Part shown: piece by piece, positions 47,751-58,393 of the stretch
Numbering within the stretch: position 1 is the first letter of the stretch
How the letters are laid out: every line of letters begins with the position of its first letter
Assembly: GCA_963790265.1 (NCBI GenBank)
Contig: CAWBNT010000001.1
Coordinates: 1,928,503 to 1,992,502 of the forward strand
Reading direction: 5' to 3'
From: an uncultured Actinomycetota bacterium
GTDB taxonomy: Bacteria; Actinomycetota; Thermoleophilia; Solirubrobacterales; Solirubrobacteraceae
DNA length: 64,000 nucleotides
Notes under the pieces: model-generated
Seen by the model: the letters and a program-made list of their open reading frames with translations, nothing else
What the model was told of the DNA's origin: nothing
Database searches by the model: none
Program-made: the position numbers and the translations under genes

Positions 47751-48989
47751 TCAGACGCCTGCGGCCGCAGGCGCGACGCCCGCCGCCTCGCGCAGCGCCT
47801 GCGCCTTGTCGGTGCGCTCCCAGGTGAAGTCCGCGTCCTCGCGGCCGAAATGGCCGTAGGCGGCGGTCTTCTGGTAGATCGGCCGGTGCAGGTCGAGCTG
47901 CTGACGAAACGCGCCCGGGCGCAGATCGAAGTGCTCGTCGACCAGCGCCGCGATCTGGGTCCGCGGGATCCGCTCGGTGCCGAAGGTCTCGACCATCAGC
48001 GAGACGGGACGCGCCACGCCGATCGCGTAGGCGACCTGGACCTCGGCGCGGTCGGCCAGAGAGGCGGCGACGATGTTCTTGGCCACCCAGCGCGCGACGT
48101 AGGCAGCTGAGCGATCGACCTTCGACGGGTCCTTGCCGGAGAAGGCGCCGCCGCCGTGACGGGCCATGCCGCCATATGTGTCCACGATGATCTTGCGGCC
48201 CGTGAGGCCGCAGTCGCCCATCGGCCCGCCGATCACGAACCTGCCGGTCGGGTTGACCAGGAAGTTGCGCAGCAGCTGCTTCTCCTCGTAGAGCGCGCTC
48301 GGCAACACGGGGCGCAGCACGTGCTCGAAGAGGTCGGGCTTGATCAGCGTCTCGGCGTCGATCCCCTCCGCGTGCTGCGTGGAGATCAGGATCTTCTCGA
48401 TCGCGACCGGCTTGCCGCCCCGATAGCGGATGGTCACCTGCGTCTTGCCGTCAGGTCGCAGGTACGGCACGACATCGGCCTTGCGCACCTCCGCCAGGCG
48501 CTTTGCCAGGCGATGCGCGAGAGCGATCGGCAGCGGCATCAGCTCCTCTGTGTCATTGCAGGCGTAACCGAACATCATCCCCTGGTCGCCGGCGCCCGCC
48601 AGGTCGAGCTCATCGTGGCCGGAGGGACCGCGACGGGTCTCGTACGCGGCGTCGACGCCCATCGCGATGTCAGGCGACTGCTTGTCGATCGTGTTCATCA
48701 CCGCGCAGGTCTGGTAGTCGAAGCCGAAGCTCGCGTCGGTGTAGCCGATCTCGCGGATCGTGTTGCGTGCGATGTCCTGGATGTCGACGTAGGTGTCGGT
48801 CGAAATCTCGCCCGAGACGACCACGAGACCGGTGTTGACGAGCGTCTCGCAGGCCACACGGCCATACGGATCCTCCGCGAGCACCGCGTCGAGCACGCCG
48901 TCGGATATCTGATCGGCGATCTTGTCGGGGTGACCCTCGGTCACCGACTCGGATGTGAACAGGTATTCGCTGTCGTTTTGCTCGCTCAT
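47751..48989 (-). CDS. metK: S-adenosylmethionine synthetase
   Basis: [28 protein letters not shown]. Confidence 0.98.
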   Translation of the reverse strand: MSEQNDSEYLFTSESVTEGHPDKIADQISDGVLDAVLAEDPYGRVACETLVNTGLVVVSGEISTDTYVDIQDIARNTIREIGYTDASFGFDYQTCAVMNTIDKQSPDIAMGVDAAYETRRGPSGHDELDLAGAGDQGMMFGYACNDTEELMPLPIALAHRLAKRLAEVRKADVVPYLRPDGKTQVTIRYRGGKPVAIEKILISTQHAEGIDAETLIKPDLFEHVLRPVLPSALYEEKQLLRNFLVNPTGRFVIGGPMGDCGLTGRKIIVDTYGGMARHGGGAFSGKDPSKVDRSAAYVARWVAKNIVAASLADRAEVQVAYAIGVARPVSLMVETFGTERIPRTQIAALVDEHFDLRPGAFRQQLDLHRPIYQKTAAYGHFGREDADFTWERTDKAQALREAAGVAPAAAGV

Positions 48990-49056
48990 GGGCTTTGCGT
49001 CGACTCCATCAAATCGCTTTCGGTGTCCGCGGGAGTCTAGCCGCGGGGGTGGCGCA

Positions 49057-50415
49057 TTACCAACGAGCCGCGTTCTGCTCGGCCTGCCCGCGCGAGCGGC
49101 GGCCGCCCCGCTCGACGAAGTCCACCACCAGGGGCACCCCGTCCATGCCAAAGCGCGAGCGCAGCCGGTTCTCCAGAAAGTAGGCGTAGTCGCGCGTGAG
49201 GCGAGCCCGCGAGTTGACCTGGATCGCAAACCGCGGCGGACACCGCTCGATCTGGGTCATGTAGATCAACTTCAAGCGGTGCCCGGCGGCGCTGCGCTTC
49301 ATGCCGATCGGCGGCTGGCGCGCCTGGATCGCCTCGGCCAGGAAGCGGTTCAGCTCGGGGGTGGGAATGCGCCCGGCCATGCGGTCGCCGAGCGCGATCG
49401 CCTCGGTCAGCAGGCGCGCCACGTTGCGTCCGCTCTTGGCGCTCGCCGTGAGGACTTTCGGCCGCAGGCGCAGCTTCTCGGCCACCACCGCCCGCTCGTG
49501 CGCAAGCGCATCATCGTCGCCGTCGTAGATGTCCCACTTGTTCAGGACGACGATCGTCGCGCAGCCCGCCTTCATCGCAAGCTCTGCGATGCGCAGGTCC
49601 TGCGAGGTCACGCCGTCGGTCGCGTCGCAGACCACCAGCGCCACATCGGCGCGCTCGGCGGCTCTGCGAGAGCGCAGGGAGGTGTAGTACTCGACCGAGT
49701 CGGCGACCTTGGCCTGGCGGCGCATGCCAGCCGTGTCAACCACGATCAGAGCACGCCCGTCGACCTCGAGCTGCGTGTCGATCGCATCGCGGGTGGTGCC
49801 GGCCTCATCGGCAACGATCACGCGCTGCTGGCCGAGCATGCGATTGACGAGCGAGGACTTGCCGACGTTCGGTCGCCCGATCACCGCCAGGCGGATCGCC
49901 TGCTCCTCCGGCGGCGGGTCCTGCGCCGGCAGCAGACGCACGATCTGGTCGAGCAGGTCGCCGGTGCCAAGGCCCTGGGCGGCGGAGACCGGCATCGGGT
50001 CGCCCAGCCCGAGGCGATGGAACTCGGCGGCCAGCGGCATGTCCGCCACCCCATCACACTTGTTGGCGGCGAGGATCAGGGGCGTGGAGTCGCGCCGCAG
50101 CAGGTCGGCGAGCTCCTCGTCGCCGGGACGCACACCCGCGCGCGCGTCCACGACCAGCACCGCAACCTCCGCGTCGGCGAGCGCCGCCCGCGCCTGGTCT
50201 CTGATCGAGCCGGCGAGCGGGTCCACGTCCACCATGTCAACGCCACCGGTGTCGATCAGCACGAAGCTGCGTCCATTCCACTCGCAGGGAACCTCGTTGC
50301 GGTCGCGGGTCACACCCGAGCGCTCGTGAACGACAGCCTGGCGGCTGCCGCTCAGGCGGTTGACCAGAGATGACTTGCCGACGTTCGGATAGCCGAGGAT
50401 CGCGACCTTCAACAT
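49057..50415 (-). CDS. der: Ribosome biogenesis GTPase Der
   Basis: Two G domains ([16 protein letters not shown]), DTGG/DTAG, NKCD/NKWD. Confidence 0.97.
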   Translation of the reverse strand: MLKVAILGYPNVGKSSLVNRLSGSRQAVVHERSGVTRDRNEVPCEWNGRSFVLIDTGGVDMVDVDPLAGSIRDQARAALADAEVAVLVVDARAGVRPGDEELADLLRRDSTPLILAANKCDGVADMPLAAEFHRLGLGDPMPVSAAQGLGTGDLLDQIVRLLPAQDPPPEEQAIRLAVIGRPNVGKSSLVNRMLGQQRVIVADEAGTTRDAIDTQLEVDGRALIVVDTAGMRRQAKVADSVEYYTSLRSRRAAERADVALVVCDATDGVTSQDLRIAELAMKAGCATIVVLNKWDIYDGDDDALAHERAVVAEKLRLRPKVLTASAKSGRNVARLLTEAIALGDRMAGRIPTPELNRFLAEAIQARQPPIGMKRSAAGHRLKLIYMTQIERCPPRFAIQVNSRARLTRDYAYFLENRLRSRFGMDGVPLVVDFVERGGRRSRGQAEQNAARW

Positions 50416-50439
50416 CGGCTCAGTATGCCCGGCTTGCGA

Positions 50440-51096
50440 CTACGTGCGGGCTGCGGCCAGCTCGGCGACCCGCTCCACGACCTCCTCGACCGAGATTCCA
50501 GTCGTGTCGATCTGGACGGCGTCCGACGCAGCGAGCAGCGGGCTGTGCTCGCGCTCGCTGTCGCGCGCATCGCGGATCGCCTGCTCTGCAAGCACGGTCC
50601 GCGGGTCTGCCCCAAGCTCGGAGGCGCGACGGCGCGCTCGCTCGGCCGCTTCGGCGAGGAGGAAGACCTTCAGCTCCGCGCCCGGCACCACGACGGTTCC
50701 CACGTCGCGGCCCTCGGCGACCCAATCGCCTTCGGCGACCAGGGCGCGCTGCATCGCCACAAGCGCGCTCCGCACGCTCGCAACCGTGGCGAGCACGGAC
50801 GCGATCTCGGAGACCTCCGTGGTCCTGATCTGCCCGCCGACCTCGCGCCCGTCCAGCCGCACGCCGCCCGTGAGCTCGATCCGCAGCGCCGCAGCCAGCC
50901 GGCCGACCGCGGCCCCGTCGTGCGGCGGGGCCAGCTGCTCGCGCGTGCCGGCGGCGCCCCACCGCTCGATCGCGGCCAGCGCCACGCAGCGGTACATCGC
51001 GCCCGTGTCGAGATAGCCGAAGCCAAGCCGTGCGGCCAGGGCGCGAGCGACCGTGGACTTGCCAGACCCTGCGGGACCGTCGATCGCGACGATCAT
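50440..51096 (-). CDS. cmk: Cytidylate kinase
   Basis: IDGPAGSGKST, DTGAMYR, EGRDVGTVV. Confidence 0.97.
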   Translation of the reverse strand: MIVAIDGPAGSGKSTVARALAARLGFGYLDTGAMYRCVALAAIERWGAAGTREQLAPPHDGAAVGRLAAALRIELTGGVRLDGREVGGQIRTTEVSEIASVLATVASVRSALVAMQRALVAEGDWVAEGRDVGTVVVPGAELKVFLLAEAAERARRRASELGADPRTVLAEQAIRDARDSEREHSPLLAASDAVQIDTTGISVEEVVERVAELAAART

Positions 51097-51130
51097 CGGC
51101 GTTGCGACTCCGTGGATCCGGCAAGGGCGC

Positions 51131-52462
51131 TCATCCACGCACCAGGCTTTCGAGGTCCTCCACGAAGCCCGGATAGGAGATGTCCGCCGCCTGCATCCCG
51201 ATCACCTCGACCCCCTCCTTGGAGGCGAGGCCCGCGATCGCCCCCATCATCGCGATCCGGTGATCCCCCTGCGCGTCGATCGAGCCGCCGCGCAGGCCGC
51301 CACCACCATGCACCACGAACCCATCGCTCATTGCCTCGATGTCGGCGCCGAGGCCGGCCAGGCCATCCACGACCGTGGCGATCCTGTCCGACTCCTTCAG
51401 GCGCAGCTCCGCGGCGCCGCGCACCACCGTGTCCCCTTCCGCAAAGCAGCCGAGCAGCGCCACCAGCGGCAGCTCATCGATCGCCAGTGGCACCTCCTCA
51501 GGCTCCACGGTGGTCCCGATCAGCGGACCGGCCGCGACGTCGAGATCGCTCACCGGCTCCTCGCTTGCCAGATCGCTGCCCGCCTGCTCCAGATCGCCAA
51601 GCACGATGCCGCCCATCCGGCGCACGATTTGCAGGAATCCGTTGCGGGTCCAGTTGGCGCCCACCGCGCGAATCACCAGTCGCGATCCCGGCACGATCAG
51701 GCCGGCGGTCACCATGAACGCGGCAGAGCTGGCGTCCGCAGGCACCTCCACCTGCTCCAGCACGAGCTCGTCGGCATTGACCACGGTCACGTGGTGGCCG
51801 AACCGGTGGATCTTCACGCCGGCGCGGCGCAGCATGCGCTCGGTGTGGTCGCGGCTTGGCGCCGGCTCGCCCACGGTCGTCGCGCCGTCCGCGGTGAGCG
51901 CCGCCAGCAGCACGCACGACTTGACCTGGGCGGAGGCGACGGGCAGCTCGTAGGAGATCGCTCGCAGGCGCGCGCCCTTGATCGTCAAGGGCGCGCGCCT
52001 GCCCTCGCGCGCCTGCAGCTTCGCGCCCATGTGCGCGAGCGGCTCCATCACCCTGTCCACGGGGCGGCGGCGGATCGACTCGTCGCCGTCGAGCGTGTAT
52101 GTGCGGCCCCTCTGTGCAGCCAGCCAGCCCGGCAGCAGGCGCAGCAGCGTGCCGGCATTGCCGACGTCGATCGGCTCGGCTGGCTCCAATGCCTCCCGCA
52201 GCCCGGTGCCGCGCACCACCACCTCCAGCGCCCCGGCGCCGCCGGCCCGCGAGCGTGGCGCCGGGCGGGTCTGCACCAGCGCGCCGAGCTTGCTCACGGC
52301 TGCCAGCGTCGAGCGGGTGTCGGCGGCGTCGAGATAGTTGGAGATGCGGGTCGGATATGAGGACATCGCTCCCAGCAGGGCCGCTCTGTGGGAGACCGAC
52401 TTGTCCGGCGGGGGCACGAGCGTCCCTGAGAGCCTCGCGGCCGGCTCGAAGCGCATGTTCAC
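51131..52462 (-). CDS. aroA: EPSP synthase
   Basis: PPDKSVSHRA, DVGNAGT, SAQVKS, LRLKESDRI, DHRIAM. Confidence 0.97.
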   Translation of the reverse strand: MNMRFEPAARLSGTLVPPPDKSVSHRAALLGAMSSYPTRISNYLDAADTRSTLAAVSKLGALVQTRPAPRSRAGGAGALEVVVRGTGLREALEPAEPIDVGNAGTLLRLLPGWLAAQRGRTYTLDGDESIRRRPVDRVMEPLAHMGAKLQAREGRRAPLTIKGARLRAISYELPVASAQVKSCVLLAALTADGATTVGEPAPSRDHTERMLRRAGVKIHRFGHHVTVVNADELVLEQVEVPADASSAAFMVTAGLIVPGSRLVIRAVGANWTRNGFLQIVRRMGGIVLGDLEQAGSDLASEEPVSDLDVAAGPLIGTTVEPEEVPLAIDELPLVALLGCFAEGDTVVRGAAELRLKESDRIATVVDGLAGLGADIEAMSDGFVVHGGGGLRGGSIDAQGDHRIAMMGAIAGLASKEGVEVIGMQAADISYPGFVEDLESLVRG

Positions 52463-52472
52463 GCTTTGAACC

Positions 52473-53306
52473 CTACGACAGCAGAGACCGACGACGATCG
52501 CGCGCCAGGTCGCTCCAGGCGGCGAGCGCCGTCGCGTCGCCTTCGATCAGCGTCTTGCGCACCTGCGTGAGCTCGCCGATCGCCTCATCTATCGCGGCGA
52601 TCAGCATGTCCGCGTTGGAGAGGTAGATGTCCGTCCAGATCGCGCTGCTGGCGCCCGCCACGCGGGTGGCATCACGAAAACTCGGCCCGGTCGCGGCCAA
52701 CGCGCGCTCTGGCGCCTGCAGGCCAGCCGCACCGGCGACCAGCACGTTCGCGACCACGTGCGGCAGGTGGGATATGCGCGCCATCAGGCGATCGTGGGGC
52801 TCCGGATCGATCTCCACGGGCCTTGCGCCGAAGCTTTCCACCAACTTGCGCAGGCGGGCCAGCCGCTCGCTCGCCGGCGAGGGCATCAGGCACCAGGCGG
52901 CGCCGTGGAAGAGGTCGGCCCTCGCGTGCTCGATGCCGTTCTGCTCAGAGCCCGCCAGCGGATGCCCTCCGATGAACCGCTGCACCCCCGGCTCGGCCGC
53001 GAGCTCCTGCATCAACGCCCGCTTCGTGGATCCCACGTCGGTGATCAGAGCGCCCGCGGGGGCCTCGCGCAGCGCGATCCGCACGCTCTGCGCAAGCGCC
53101 GCGATCGGCGCGGCGGCAACCACCACGTCGGCGCTCGCCAGCGCACGTCGCGGATCCTCTACAGCCTCGTCGAGCGCTCCGACAGCGAGCGCCTTGGCGC
53201 GCGTGGCAGGATCGGGGTCAAAGCCGACGACTCGCGCTTCTGCGCCGCGGGCCGCCAGCGCCACCGATCCGCCGATCAATCCAAGTCCGAGGACCGCAAC
53301 GTTCAA
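52473..53306 (-). CDS. tyrA: Prephenate dehydrogenase
   Basis: GLGLIGGS, DVGSTK, GGHPLAGSE, ISHLPH, FRDATRVA. Confidence 0.94.
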   Translation of the reverse strand: MNVAVLGLGLIGGSVALAARGAEARVVGFDPDPATRAKALAVGALDEAVEDPRRALASADVVVAAAPIAALAQSVRIALREAPAGALITDVGSTKRALMQELAAEPGVQRFIGGHPLAGSEQNGIEHARADLFHGAAWCLMPSPASERLARLRKLVESFGARPVEIDPEPHDRLMARISHLPHVVANVLVAGAAGLQAPERALAATGPSFRDATRVAGASSAIWTDIYLSNADMLIAAIDEAIGELTQVRKTLIEGDATALAAWSDLARDRRRSLLS

Positions 53307-53393
53307 GCGGCCTGCCTCCGCCGGGCGGCCGCGTGCTCATCGCACCGATCCCCCGGCGAAGGCGAGCCTGCACGGCGAAGCTCGTAGCAGCCA

Positions 53394-54428
53394 TCAGACC
53401 GAGCTGAGCGACTGCGCTGCAAGCTCGGCGGCGCGGTGAACGGCCTCGGCGTAGGCGGCGAAGTCGTCGGCCAGCAGCGCCTGCGGCCCGTCGCAGAGAG
53501 CCTCATCGGGGTTGGGGTGCACCTCCACGATGATGCCATCCGCCCCGGCGGCGGCTGCGGCCAGCGACATCGGCACGACAAGCGAACGACGGCCCGCGGC
53601 ATGACTCGGGTCGACGACGACAGGCAGATGCGAGAGTTCTTTGAGCACCGGAACGGCCTGCAGGTCAAGCGTGGTCCGGTATGCGTTCTCGAACGTTCGG
53701 ATCCCCCGCTCGCAGAGCATCACGTTCGGGTTGCCCTCCTTGAGCACGTACTCGGCAGCCATCAGCAGCTCTTCCAGGGTCGCCGAGAGCCCGCGCTTGA
53801 GCAGCACCGGCCGCCCCGAGCGCCCGATCTCGGCCAGCAGCGGGAAGTTCTGCATGTTGCGGGCGCCGATCTGGAGCACGTCGGCCACCTCGAGCACCGG
53901 CTCCAGATCGCGCGCGTCCATCAACTCGGTCACGATTGGCAGGCCCGTGCGCTCCTTGGCCTCGGCCAGCAGCCGCAGACCCTCCAGGCCAAGGCCCTGG
54001 AAAGCGTAGGGAGACGTGCGCGGCTTGTAGGCGCCGCCGCGGAGCATGGTCGCACCCGCATCCTTGACGACCTCCGCGGTGGAGAGCACCTGATCACGCG
54101 ATTCGACGGTGCAGGGACCGGCGATCAGGGCGAAGTTCCCGCCCCCGATCTTCTGACCGTCGATATCAAGGACGGTGCGCTCGCCGTGGCGGATCTGCGC
54201 CGAGGCGAGCTTGTAGGGCTTCAGGATCGGCACGACCCGATCCACGCCGGGCTGGCCCTCCAGCCCGAGACTCGCGACGTTCGCGTCCTGCTCCACGTCG
54301 CCGATCGCGCCGATCACGGTGACGCGCGCACCCTTGCTCTGATGGGCGCGCGCGCCGGCTCGCTCCACCTTCTCCATGACGGCGGCGATCTGATCCTCGC
54401 TCGCCGTCTCCTTCATCACGATCATCAT
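53394..54428 (-). CDS. aroF: DAHP synthase type I-beta with N-terminal regulatory domain
   Basis: [43 protein letters not shown]. Confidence 0.96.
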   Translation of the reverse strand: MMIVMKETASEDQIAAVMEKVERAGARAHQSKGARVTVIGAIGDVEQDANVASLGLEGQPGVDRVVPILKPYKLASAQIRHGERTVLDIDGQKIGGGNFALIAGPCTVESRDQVLSTAEVVKDAGATMLRGGAYKPRTSPYAFQGLGLEGLRLLAEAKERTGLPIVTELMDARDLEPVLEVADVLQIGARNMQNFPLLAEIGRSGRPVLLKRGLSATLEELLMAAEYVLKEGNPNVMLCERGIRTFENAYRTTLDLQAVPVLKELSHLPVVVDPSHAAGRRSLVVPMSLAAAAAGADGIIVEVHPNPDEALCDGPQALLADDFAAYAEAVHRAAELAAQSLSSV

Positions 54429-54474
54429 CTTCTCTTCCTTTCAGACCGGCATCGGTTGTGCATCGACGCTCCTT

Positions 54475-54657
54475 GAGCCCGCGGCCGGGGCTCGAGCTCA
54501 TGCGGGCGCCTCGCCTCGCCTGAGATCCGTGACGACCGTGCCTGACCGCGGTCGTGGTGCTCGCTTTGCGGCGCCCGGCCCGAGGGCCCAAGCGGCTGGA
54601 TCGCCCCGCTCACGGAGACGGGGTCGAGCCGAGGCGCCTAGCTAAATCGCCAGGCGC
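54475..54657 (-). promoter_or_regulatory. Putative attenuator with alternative stems
   Basis: Hairpin 54634-54657 competes with long-range pairing of 54625-54638 to 54505-54518; further hairpins at 54532-54555 and 54475-54493. Confidence 0.6.
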
Positions 54658-54733
54658 GATAGGTGGCGTAAAAGAACACGCCGCGCACGGCGCGTGCAGA
54701 GGTCGCCGTCGGAATGTCGAAAGACTCGATCAT
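54638..54733 (-). CDS. Putative aromatic-amino-acid leader peptide of the aroF operon (alternative start 54760)
   Basis: MIESFDIPTATSARAVRGVFFYATYRAWRFS*; 6 of the last 12 residues are F/Y/W; lies about 210 nt upstream of aroF. Confidence 0.75.
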   Translation of the reverse strand: MIESFDIPTATSARAVRGVFFYATYRAWRFS

Positions 54734-54843
54734 GCTCTCTGTGAAGTGCGAAGCCACCATCGCTCTCACCGTTTTGTAGCAGAAGCCGGTGGGATGGTCC
54801 AGCACCGAATGCGATCCTTCGCCGCCAGCGACCCTCATGAGCC

Positions 54844-55985
54844 TCAGCGCGCAGCGCGAAGCTCGGCCTGCACCTCGTCCAGGGCGTCGAGGAAGCGTGC
54901 GTTCTCTGCGGATGTTCCATAGGTCACGCGCAGCCAGCCCGGGCGTCCGAGCGCGCCACCGGCGCGCACGAGGATCCCGCGATCGATGAGGCCCCGCACC
55001 GTCTCCAACTCGATCTCGGCCGCCCGCTCCGGCTCCAGGCCGTTGCCCGCGGCCTGAGCTCCCTCCAGCGCGAACCAGCAGAAGTTCGCCTGCGAGGCGG
55101 CCGGCGTGAGCCCCAGCGCCCGCAGCCGCTCATCGACGCCGATGCGCTCGGCGATCGTGCGCGTCACGCGGTCGGCGACCGCATCCTGGTGGGAGAGCGC
55201 CTCCGCCGCCGCAGCCTGGGCCAGGGCATTGCAGAAGAATGGCTGGCGCACCTGGTCGACCGCGCGCGGCAGATCGGTGGAGCCGCAGAGCGCGAAGCCG
55301 ACCCGCAACCCGCAGAGGCCGTAGACCTTCGAGAAGGTGCGCAACAGCACGAGGTTGGGGTGCGCGTCGAGCAGCGCGATCGAGGCGTCGGGATCCTCCA
55401 TCAGGCTGAACTCGCAGTATGCCTCGTCCAGCACGACGCACACGCGCGGCGGGATCTGCTCCAGAAACCCCGCGATCGAGAGCGAGCGGCACGGCCGTGC
55501 TCGTCGGGTTGTTCGGGTTGCAGAGGATCACGAGGCGCGTGGCCACGCTCACCTCGACGGCCATCGCGTGCAGATCGTGGCGATCGTCTGCGTCCAGCGG
55601 TACCTCGATCGCCCGTGCCCCGGAGGCCGCGGCGAGGTGGGGGTAGACCGAGAAGGAGGGCCATGCATAGACCAGCTCCGCCCCAGGCTCGAGCAGCGCC
55701 TCGCCGGCTGCGAGCAGGATGTCGCAGGAGCCGTTGCCGATCGCGATCCGCTCGACGGGCACGCCGTAGCGCTCGCAGAGGCGCCGCCGCAGTACCGAGT
55801 TGGTCGGATCGGGATAGCGATTGAGGCTCGCCATCTCGCGCTCGATCGCCTCCCTGCACCGCGGGCAGCGGCGGGTAGGGCGTCTCGTTGGAAGCGAGCT
55901 TCACCTCCGGTGCGCGCACGCCATAGCCATCGGCCGCCGGGTAGACGGGGATGCGCCGAATGCGCTCTGAGAGCTCGAGGGCCAC
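54844..55985 (-). CDS. hisC: Histidinol-phosphate/aromatic aminotransferase (two apparent frameshifts)
   Basis: KLASNETP; NRYPD, GNGS, CNPNNPT; LDEAY.EF, RTFSKVYGLCGLRVG. Confidence 0.9.
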
Positions 55986-56192
55986 CTGGGCATTGTGGCG
56001 GATCGGCGCCTGAGGTCACGCCCCGCCGCTGCTACAGCCAGCTCGTCGGCTCTGGGGGGCGAGAACGAAGGCGCACCGCGCTGCCGGCGGTGCTCAGCGC
56101 CGGGCGACGCTGGGTCTTTCAGCTCGCGTCAGCCCTGTCTTCGAAGCTCGCGATCGCTTGCGCGAGCACGAAAAGCGAAGCCAGGGGCGCCT

Positions 56193-56573
56193 TTACTGCG
56201 CCGCGTGCAGGTCGGCACGCAGGCCCTCCGCGCCGCGGAGATAGACGTGGTTGGCAGCATCGCCGTCCGATGGATAGTAATGAATCAACACCCGGATCAC
56301 CCGCGGCAGCGCCCCGGGCACCGGGATCTCTCGCGCGCACAGCAGCGGCACGGCCTCAAAGCCGAGTGCGCGCGCGGCGACGGCAGGAAACTCGGCATCC
56401 AGATCGTCGGTGACCGTGAAGATGCAGGACACGATGTCATCGGGGGCCAGCTCGTTGCGCTCGATCAGCGCCTGCATCAGCTCAGTGGTCGCGTCGAGGA
56501 TCTCTTGCGCCTCGTTGCGATCGGCTGTGATCGCGCCCCTGAGGGCATGGAGTCGGCCTGGGACTGAGCTCAT
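56193..56573 (-). CDS. aroH: Chorismate mutase AroH class
   Basis: ALRGAIT, IFTVTDDLDAEFPA, EIPVPGALPRVIRVL, HVYLRGA..LRADL. Confidence 0.95.
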   Translation of the reverse strand: MSSVPGRLHALRGAITADRNEAQEILDATTELMQALIERNELAPDDIVSCIFTVTDDLDAEFPAVAARALGFEAVPLLCAREIPVPGALPRVIRVLIHYYPSDGDAANHVYLRGAEGLRADLHAAQ

Positions 56574-56587
56574 CGCGACGGATTCTG

Positions 56588-57316
56588 TCAGAGCGTCCTG
56601 GCAGGGCGAGGCGGCGCCTGCGCTGCGTCTCTGAGCGCCTGCACCTCGCCCGCCTCCAGCGTCCTGTGAGCGCCCTGCGCGAGATCGCCCAGCGCGAGCG
56701 GACCGAAGCGCACACGCTGCAGGCGCGTGACGGGATGGCCGACGGCGTCGCACATCCTGCGCACCTGTCGGTTGCGGCCCTCCCTGATCGTGATCTCCGA
56801 TCAGGTCTGGGTCGAGCGCCCTGACCTCGGCGGGAGCCGTCGGGCCGTCCTGAAGCACGATCCCGTCGCGCAGAGCATGAAGAGCCCGCACGCCGACGGG
56901 TCCACCGGAGACCCACGCCCTATAGGTCTTGGGAACTTCAAAGCGCGGATGGGTGAGCAGATGGGCAAGCTGCCCGTCGTTGGTCAGCAGCAGCAGCCCT
57001 TCGCTGTCGAGATCCAGGCGCCCCACCGGGTACAGACGCCGGCTCTCGTGCGCAAGCAGTTGCACCACGGTGGGACGGCCGTGCGGGTCGCTTGCGGTAC
57101 TGAGCACCCCGACAGGCTTGTTGAGCGCGTAGACGGCGGGAGCCTCGAATCCCGCAAGCGGCCGACCGTCGACGGCGATCGCCTCCGCTGCCGTGACGTC
57201 CCGCGCCGGATCGCGCACGACCTGCCCGCCCACCTCACTCTTCCCTGCGCGATCAGCGCCTCACTGGCACGCCTGGAGGCGACGCCGGAATGAGCGAGGT
57301 GCTTTGCGAGCCGCAT
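56588..57316 (-). CDS. rluB: Pseudouridine synthase RluB/RsuA family (two apparent frameshifts)
   Basis: MRLAKHLA..GVASRR; NKP.G, YPVGRLD, LLLTNDG; EGRNRQVRRM. Confidence 0.88.
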
Positions 57317-57335
57317 CTTGCTGCAAGATAGGGGG
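57315..57335. promoter_or_regulatory. Putative bidirectional leaderless promoter between rluB and rlmN
   Basis: Only 19 bp separate the divergent ATGs; palindrome ATCTTGC-T-GCAAGAT; overlapping -10-like CAAGAT (+) and TATCTT (-). Confidence 0.55.
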
Positions 57336-58378
57336 ATGGATCTCGCTCTGCTCGACCAGACGCTTGCCGCCGCCGGCGAGCCGCGCTTTCGCGCCAAGCA
57401 GGTCTGGGAGTGGATCAGCCGCGGCGTGGAGAGCTACGAGCAGATGAGCAACCTGCCGCTCGGCTCTGCGCGACACGCTCACCGAGCAGGTTCCGCTCTC
57501 CTGCCTTGCCGTGCAGCAGGAGGCCCACGCACGCGACGGCACGGTCAAGGCGCTCTTCCACACCGCCGATAGCCGGCCGATCGAGGCGGTGCTGATGCGC
57601 TACCGCGACGGCCGCCGCTCGATCTGCCTCTCCTCGCAGTCGGGCTGCCCGCTGACCTGCACCTTCTGCGCGACCGGCGCGATGCGCTTTGGCCGCAACC
57701 TCACCGCCTCGGAGATGCTCGACCAGGCGCTGCACTTCAGGCGCACTGAAGCGATCGACCACTGCGTGTTCATGGGCATGGGTGAGCCGCTGATCAACGT
57801 CGAGCACGTGCTCGCCGCCTGCGAGCGGCTGCCCGACATGGGCATCGGCCACCGCCGCATCACGGTCTCGACCGTCGGCTGGATCCCGGGCATCGAACGT
57901 CTCGCGCAGCAGCCGATGCCGCTGCGGCTTGCCCTCTCCCTGCATGCTGCCGAGGAAGCGCTGCGCACCGAGCTGATGCCAGTCAACGAGCGCTACCCGC
58001 TGAGTCGAGGTAATCGAGGCATGCGAAGCGTTCTACGCCCGCCGCCACGGCCGCGTGTTCATCGAGTACGTGATGCTCGCGGGCGTCAACGACCGCTACG
58101 AGCAGGCGCTCGGCGCTGGCAAGACTGCTGCGCGCGGCGCTCGAGCAGGCGGCGAGACGATCTTCAAGGTGAACCTGATCCCGTGGAACCCCGTCGACAC
58201 CCGGCCGGCAGCGGGGAGGCCAACGGGACCCCTCGCGAGGTTCAAGGGCTCAAGTCGCGAGTCGATCGCCGCCTTCAAGGCGGTGCTGGTGGAGCGCGGG
58301 ATGCCCGCGACGGTCCGTCTGACCCGGGGCCGCGACATCGACGCCGCCTGCGGGCAGCTGGCCGCGAAGGGCGGCTGA
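57336..58378 (+). CDS. rlmN: 23S rRNA m2A2503 radical-SAM methyltransferase (apparent frameshifts)
   Basis: FRAKQVWEW; CLSSQSGCPLTCTFCATG, MGMGEP, LALSLHA; IEYVML.GVND, VNLIPWN, DIDAACGQL. Confidence 0.92.
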
Positions 58379-58393
58379 GCCGCTAGTCGGCTC

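Noticed and set aside
48990-49045. Possible SAM riboswitch before metK (GAUUUGA segment, small hairpin around GGAG)
   Set aside because: The leader is about 45 nt and I could not find the pseudoknot partner or the SAM-I/II/IV/V cores; a covariance search would be needed.
55990-56192. GC-rich hairpins between aroH and hisC, a possible sRNA or REP
   Set aside because: Only short stems expected at this GC content; no repeat copy or recognisable motif in the window.
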